Source: Verrucomicrobiales bacterium (GTDB lineage Bacteria; Verrucomicrobiota; Verrucomicrobiia; Limisphaerales; UBA1100). From it: 64,000 bases of DNA. This document shows positions 58,591-64,000 of the stretch, one piece after another. Numbering within the stretch: position 1 is the stretch's first letter; the number at the start of each line of letters is the position of its first letter. The position numbers and the translations under genes are program-made. The notes beneath the pieces were generated by a model. That model was not told where the DNA came from. It saw only the letters and a program-made list of their open reading frames with translations, and did not search any database. Location of the stretch: positions 111,697 to 175,696 of the forward strand of contig JAYOSV010000002.1 of NCBI GenBank assembly GCA_038139415.1, read 5' to 3'.

Positions 58591-61500
58591 TTAGTGGTTG
58601 AACAGAAAGGCCGGATTGTTGATCAGAGCCCAAGCGATATCCTGTGCGCCGTACAGGCGTTTATTGGTCAATTGCTTGGTGCTGAGATCTACTGCCCGCT
58701 TGAGGGCGGTGAGCTTGGGGTCCTCCTCTAACGGTTTCTGGGTGGAGGCCAGGTAGGCCTCGAGCTCTTGCAGGCGCGGATCGGTCGGTAGCGGTTTCTT
58801 GGCTTCAGCCACGGCCTTGGTGCGTTGTTGCAAACCGGCATCCTGCGTGCGGTAGTAGTCGTTCAGTACTTTCTTTTGTTTGTCGTCGCGTTGCTCTGGT
58901 TCGATGGCCAGTAGTTCGGCAATGTTTTGTGGGTGACCGAAGTTGACTGGTTTTTTGTTATTGGTAACCGACCAGCGGAATTTGCCGATTTGCCAATTGT
59001 TGCCCTGAAACATTTGCTTCATCACAAAGGTCAACAGAATGGGGCCATCGTGTTTGGGGGGTTGTGCAATTTCAAATGAGGCGATGTGATTCTTGCCCAT
59101 TTGCGGGGAGATAGCCCATCCGTTACTGCTGTTGTTGAGACGGCCATCAATCGCCGTGGCCACCGCATAATTATTCTGGCTGAAGGTAGCTTTGGCGGCG
59201 CCAAGCTTGAGTTTCTTTTTCTCGTCGGGCTTGTCTTTCGGAGCCCAGAAAACCTCGAGTTCGGTGAGGACGAAATTACCGTCGTTTGGTGATCGTCCGG
59301 GACCGTTCTTAGGTAAGCGCTTATCGGTGAGTGCCTCAAGTCGAATGGCGGTGAGGTTCTTGAGGTCGGTTTCGGTGACAATGGTAAAAGTGTCCTTTCC
59401 GTTTTTGCCGGAGGCAAAGATCACGCCATCGGCTTCCTTGCTGAGCTCGGTGCCTATTTGAGATTTCACGGATTGCGCTTCCACCATGGTCCATTGTGTT
59501 TTGCTGACTGGATTGGCAAGCCACTGAGTGTATTCCTCCTGTAACGTGGGCTGGTAATCGTTCAGGGCTTTTTCGGCCGCCGCGATTTTAGCATTACGCT
59601 CGTCTTCCATTGTCTTTTGGCGCGGTGCCACTTCCTCCTTGTAGGCGGCGAGTTTAGCTTCTGCTTCCTTAATGTCGGCTTGGCGGGCGGCTTCACGCTT
59701 GGCAGTGAGGGGGGCGAGTTCCTTTTGGTATCCGGCCAATTCAGCAAGCAACGCCTTGTGTTCGGGCTCGATGGATTGCAGCAGGCTGATGGCCTTGGTG
59801 ATTTCCTGTGGGCGAGCGGGGCGGTTGAGGATGCGGAGGTACAATTCATCAATCAACTTGGCGTCATCGGCCTGTTCTTTGACGAGCTTGGCAATGGCGT
59901 TGTTGGGATCGCTAATGGCGTTGTCCACGGTGGGGCCGGTAATGAGCGCCATCACGGGGCCAAGCTGAAGACCATTGATGCGCTCGCATTCACAAGCACT
60001 TTCGCGGGCGGGACGGCCAAGGGTGCCAAGGAAGCCGTCGGGTAGACGTACCCCGACATCGGGTAGGGCGGCAGCACGTGTGCCGGCGGGTACACCGGGA
60101 ATTTTTGTTTGTGCTCCGGTGGCTAGATAAATGGCATCAAACAACACTTCTGCGGGCAGTCGCCGGGGGAGTGCGTGGGAATAGTTGATAGTATCGTCCT
60201 CATTCCATTTATTTGTGGCAATGGTTAGTTGGTAGGTGCGGCTTTTACAAATGGTCTTGACCATATGTTGCACATTGAACCCGTTTTTGATGAACTCGGT
60301 GGTCAGCCAATTGAGCAATTCGGGGTTGCTTGGTGGGTTGCCAGCGCGGATGTCGTCGAGTGGTTCGATGATTCCGACACCGAGTAGGTAACCCCAGAGC
60401 CGGTTCACGTAGCTTCGAGCAAAATATTGGTTATCAGCACTGGTCATCCAAGCGGCCAACTCCTGCCGCCGGGTGGCTTTTTCATTTTTTCCAAATTTTG
60501 CTTCGAATGGGAATTTAGGTGAGGCAACTACTCCAGTTCTCTCGTGCTTGATGTCACCAGATCCTTTGTCAAAAACCTCCTCATAAAGTGGTTTTTTGCC
60601 TTCAACAGCCGTGCCGCCGATAGTGTTCTTACCACTATTTTTCTCGTCCTTCTTAAGTCCAACTTGAGCAAAGAATGCGGCCGTTTCGTAGTATTGGTCC
60701 TGTGTCCAGCGTTCAAAGGGGTGGTCATGACATTTGTTGCAGTTGAAGCGAGTAGCCAGCCAGAGATGGGTTGTGTTTTCCATTATCTCATCTGGAGTGC
60801 GTAGAATTTTATAATAACTGGCGGCCGGGTTAGTCTTGTTGGATCCCGTGGCGGTAATGACTTTACGGGCAAACTCATCATAAGGTGTGTTGTTTTTTAC
60901 CTCATTTCGAATCCATTCCCGAAATCCCTTGGCGCCTTCAGTGCCGAGGAACTTACGGTTTACCTGTAATAGGTCTGCCCACTTGTTGGACCAGTGATCT
61001 ACGTAATCGTCATTGCCCACTAGTTGATCAATCAACTCAGACCGCTTGGTGTGTGTGTCGCGTTTATCGGCTAGGAATTTTTTAACCACTTCCACGGCTG
61101 GGGGGAGTCCCGTCAGGTCCAGGTAAATGCGACGGATGAAATCCGAATCGTTACAGAGTCCTGATGGCTCTATCTTCATCCGTTCCCATTTATTGGCGGT
61201 GAATCGGTCAATTTCATTCCAAGATTCTGGCTGATTCCAAGTGAAGCCGGTTCGGTCACCCATGGCGGTAACGGTGGTTGCAGCATAGGCGCCTTCGAAG
61301 CGGGCCAGAATGGCCGCTTCGCCGCGGCGTTCAACGGTGATTAGGCCGGTATCATCTGTTTTGGCTACATCGGTGTTGCCACTCTCAATAAAGGCTTCGG
61401 CAGTGACATCACGTTTCTCGCCATTGGCGTAGGTGGCCACGATGCGAACCTGTTGTTTGCCATCGATATTTTGAATGACGGGATTTTTCGGGGACACCTC

Positions 61501-63705
61501 GATGGCCGTGACGCGGCTGGTGTCGAGATCCAGCTTGGCGCCGTTGGCGTTCCATTCATGCAGGATGCGGTAATACTTGGAACCGGCCGGAGTAACCTGG
61601 CCACCTTCATGCGGCACAGCGCCGGTGGCTTTTAGGAGCATGAGGCTGTCGCTCGGCGAAGCGATATTCACTCGTCGGCTGGCAAGCTCGTCGGTAAAGG
61701 CGCGCACGTCATAAAGAGGGTCGTAGCCGCGGAGGGACAGCTTGAAGCCGTTCTTGCCGTCTTTTGATCCGTGGCAGGTGCCCTGGTTGCAGCCGAGCTT
61801 GGAGAGCACGGGCATGACGTCGCGCACGTAATCAATTTTGCGTTTGGTGCCGATGCCTTGTACGGACACCTTGGCCGTGGCCTTGAGGCCGGCCAGCTCA
61901 ACGGTGACCAAACCGGCGCCGTCTTTCTTGGGGGTGATCTGGCCACGCAGGGAGGTATTGGCAACATCGCCTTGAGTGCTAAGCTTCACAATGCGGGTTA
62001 CATCGGCGCGAGCACCGTTGTTGAGCTGGGCGGTCACCAGCAGTTGCGCGTAATCGCTGGCACCGGTTAATTGAATCTCCTGTGGTTCGACGATCAGTCG
62101 TTCAAGCTTGAAGCCCTTGGGCAGGGTTTCGATTTTGAAATTCCCTTCATTGATGCCCGAAGCGTTACCGGGTTGGGCGATTTGCTGGCCGGGTTCGGAG
62201 AGCGGGGCGGGTTGAAGTTTGTTAAGCTCCTTGCCGGTGTTGGCGTCGAGGAAACGGATGTGGCCGTCACTGCCGGCGGCGGCAAGGGTTTTGCCGTCGG
62301 GGCTGAATGCGATGGCGTAGATGCCGCTCTCAGGCACATCGAGCTTGGCCAGTTCCTTTACGCCGCTGGTGAGAAACTTGTCGAGTTTCTGCACCTCACC
62401 GGCGTTCCGGTCACGGGTGCGTTTGGCCTGAATGGCTTTGATGTCTGCGGGTACTTCCTTGGGAACATTGGCGGCGAAGATCATGATCTGGCCAGAGCCA
62501 TCGAGGCTACTGCCTGCGGCGAAGGCGGTACCGTCTTGATTAAACCGCACGTCAAAGACGCGTCCGCGCATTACAGGAAACGTGCGGAGCAGATTGGCGT
62601 TGTCGCCGATTACCCGTTTGGTTTGGCGGAAGATACGGAAAAGCTGCGGGGCCCCATCGGCGCCGCCCACTAGAATGTGTTCATGCTGCGGATGCCGATC
62701 AATGGCGGCAATGCCGCCTTTCAAGGCGCGCGGCGTGATTGAGGTAATGTTGTCAATGAATCGCGAGTCCTCAAAGACAGTGAGCTTGGCGGTCATGTCG
62801 CGGCCCACAGAGATGATGTGTTTGCCTTCTACATCGTAAGCGGTGCCGAGCACCCAGTCGTTGTGGGCGCCCTGAAAGAAAATCTGTTCGCCCGTCTTGG
62901 CGTCAATGGCGCGTACGGTGTTGTCTCCGCAGCCGAAGGCGATGGCCTTGCCGTCGGGCGACCAGTTGGCGCCATAGACGGTGTCAAACGTCACCGGGTG
63001 TGACATAGAAAGGGATTCTTTCTCTACATTCCACACCTGTACTTCGCCCATGCGGCCGGGCTTGCCGCCGGTGACCGCGAGGCGCGTGCCGTCCGGCGAG
63101 AATCGCACGGACTCGATTCGTTCACTGAGGCCGACCAGACGGGCCTTGAGTCCGGAGCCGTCGGCCTTGTGAAGAAGCACTTCGTGGAAGCCCGCCACGG
63201 CGAGCAGTTTGCCGTCAGGCGAATAATCGATGGAAGTGATCACTGGAGGCAAGGTGTACACGGGCGGGGTGTCGGCTGTGTAACGCTTGCCGGCGCCTGG
63301 AGGCGTGTCATCCTTAGCGCCTTGGGTGATCCATTTTTTGATGAGCTCGATCTCAGCGGAGTGCAGGGGTTTTTTACCACGCGGCATCGGGGCCTTGCCT
63401 GTTTCTGGGGCCGGCAGAATCTGTTCAACTATAGCGCTCTCATTTACTTTGCCGGGCACGATTGCCGTCCCCTCATCATCGCCGCCCGCGAGGAGGCTTT
63501 TGAAATCGGTCATCACATACCCACCTTTATCTTTGGCCGGTTGATGACACCCCTGGCAGTTGGCTTGGAAGAGTGGGCGAATCTGGTGATAATAGCTAAC
63601 GTCGCCGGTTGGATTTTCGCTTTTTTGGTCAGCGAAAAGGGAAAGGCTGTTTCCAATCAGGAAAACGGCGGTCAAAGAGCATACGCTGCGTTTGAACATA
63701 AGCAT
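58591..63705 (-). CDS. Multidomain planctomycete-type cytochrome c / WD40 / Ig-like / DUF1549-DUF1553 protein
   Basis: CQGCH with WITQGA, WD40-like FSPDG repeats, Ig-like DVT motifs, GCNQGTCHG, RRIYLDLTGLPP, CNKCHDHPF, NPPSNPELL, WALINxxxFLFNH. Confidence 0.9.
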   Translation of the reverse strand: MLMFKRSVCSLTAVFLIGNSLSLFADQKSENPTGDVSYYHQIRPLFQANCQGCHQPAKDKGGYVMTDFKSLLAGGDDEGTAIVPGKVNESAIVEQILPAPETGKAPMPRGKKPLHSAEIELIKKWITQGAKDDTPPGAGKRYTADTPPVYTLPPVITSIDYSPDGKLLAVAGFHEVLLHKADGSGLKARLVGLSERIESVRFSPDGTRLAVTGGKPGRMGEVQVWNVEKESLSMSHPVTFDTVYGANWSPDGKAIAFGCGDNTVRAIDAKTGEQIFFQGAHNDWVLGTAYDVEGKHIISVGRDMTAKLTVFEDSRFIDNITSITPRALKGGIAAIDRHPQHEHILVGGADGAPQLFRIFRQTKRVIGDNANLLRTFPVMRGRVFDVRFNQDGTAFAAGSSLDGSGQIMIFAANVPKEVPADIKAIQAKRTRDRNAGEVQKLDKFLTSGVKELAKLDVPESGIYAIAFSPDGKTLAAAGSDGHIRFLDANTGKELNKLQPAPLSEPGQQIAQPGNASGINEGNFKIETLPKGFKLERLIVEPQEIQLTGASDYAQLLVTAQLNNGARADVTRIVKLSTQGDVANTSLRGQITPKKDGAGLVTVELAGLKATAKVSVQGIGTKRKIDYVRDVMPVLSKLGCNQGTCHGSKDGKNGFKLSLRGYDPLYDVRAFTDELASRRVNIASPSDSLMLLKATGAVPHEGGQVTPAGSKYYRILHEWNANGAKLDLDTSRVTAIEVSPKNPVIQNIDGKQQVRIVATYANGEKRDVTAEAFIESGNTDVAKTDDTGLITVERRGEAAILARFEGAYAATTVTAMGDRTGFTWNQPESWNEIDRFTANKWERMKIEPSGLCNDSDFIRRIYLDLTGLPPAVEVVKKFLADKRDTHTKRSELIDQLVGNDDYVDHWSNKWADLLQVNRKFLGTEGAKGFREWIRNEVKNNTPYDEFARKVITATGSNKTNPAASYYKILRTPDEIMENTTHLWLATRFNCNKCHDHPFERWTQDQYYETAAFFAQVGLKKDEKNSGKNTIGGTAVEGKKPLYEEVFDKGSGDIKHERTGVVASPKFPFEAKFGKNEKATRRQELAAWMTSADNQYFARSYVNRLWGYLLGVGIIEPLDDIRAGNPPSNPELLNWLTTEFIKNGFNVQHMVKTICKSRTYQLTIATNKWNEDDTINYSHALPRRLPAEVLFDAIYLATGAQTKIPGVPAGTRAAALPDVGVRLPDGFLGTLGRPARESACECERINGLQLGPVMALITGPTVDNAISDPNNAIAKLVKEQADDAKLIDELYLRILNRPARPQEITKAISLLQSIEPEHKALLAELAGYQKELAPLTAKREAARQADIKEAEAKLAAYKEEVAPRQKTMEDERNAKIAAAEKALNDYQPTLQEEYTQWLANPVSKTQWTMVEAQSVKSQIGTELSKEADGVIFASGKNGKDTFTIVTETDLKNLTAIRLEALTDKRLPKNGPGRSPNDGNFVLTELEVFWAPKDKPDEKKKLKLGAAKATFSQNNYAVATAIDGRLNNSSNGWAISPQMGKNHIASFEIAQPPKHDGPILLTFVMKQMFQGNNWQIGKFRWSVTNNKKPVNFGHPQNIAELLAIEPEQRDDKQKKVLNDYYRTQDAGLQQRTKAVAEAKKPLPTDPRLQELEAYLASTQKPLEEDPKLTALKRAVDLSTKQLTNKRLYGAQDIAWALINNPAFLFNH

Positions 63706-63924
63706 AAATTCTAGACTTTTCGACGGATTTCCGCAAATCCAATTCAATGAATTAGAAGTGGATGTTATTGGCTCGTAAAATATCAAATGAACCAGAACTT
63801 CAACGCCGCTAACAGGGGAATAAACTCAGAAGTTGGGGTTTGCGGATGGCTCGGAGTTTGCCTTGATCAAGTTGATAGAGTGCTCATAGCGCTAGAATAA
63901 ACAAGGAGAGCTAAATGCCGAAGC

Positions 63925-64000
63925 TTAACGTGGTCCGGCGTTGCGAATGGGCTCGGGAGTGTCAGCGGCAAAGGGTTCGAAGTTGTCCCGAAACATGGCG
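63925..64000 (-). CDS. pckA: 3' end of probable PEP carboxykinase (ATP)
   Basis: Minus-strand translation ...AMFRDNFEPFAADTPEPIRNAGPR*, matching the MFxxNF...IxxAGP C-terminus of PckA; only 25 codons visible. Confidence 0.6.
   Translation of the reverse strand, partial: AMFRDNFEPFAADTPEPIRNAGPR

Noticed and set aside
63706..63924. Long leader upstream of the giant gene with short palindromes and a GGCAAAC word (possible riboswitch)
   Set aside because: The rest of the c-di-GMP-I consensus is missing and I could not support any conserved fold by eye
63901..64000. Plus-strand AAGGAG...ATG at 63915 suggesting a new gene (MPKLNVVRRC...)
   Set aside because: The opposite strand encodes a recognisable PckA-like C-terminus, and the plus frame has no protein-like features

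Overview
A gene-dense, GC-rich chromosomal window. Gene content (PQQ-type propellers, DUF1501 plus DUF1549/DUF1553 cytochrome c proteins, futalosine MqnD, prs-rplY-pth-rpsF-ssb-rplI-dnaB-bamA-skp order) suggests a PVC-superphylum bacterium, most likely Verrucomicrobiota; this is inference. It holds about 62 CDS, mostly housekeeping, and one initiator tRNA-Met. I found no transposase, integrase, prophage or CRISPR array. Main modules: translation/replication/OM-biogenesis cluster, a five-gene peptide-type ABC importer, two pilin-like genes, tolQ-R-A-B with two pal paralogues, tatA-tatC, an xylD-like/SDR/FAH sugar-acid cluster, and a DUF1549/1553-DUF1501 pair. The unusual features are inside otherwise ordinary genes and leaders: a TatC with a ~190-aa acidic, His/Tyr-rich N-terminus; an ABC permease carrying an EF-hand pair and a second inserted domain resembling a phage structural repeat; an acidic heptad insertion in a BamA POTRA domain; rearranged Cys motifs in the ABC ATPases; GGA-loop hairpins in three tol-pal leaders; a perfect Rex/CRP-type palindrome; and about a dozen promoters placed for leaderless transcription. 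All family calls are by eye from motifs; no database searches were run.
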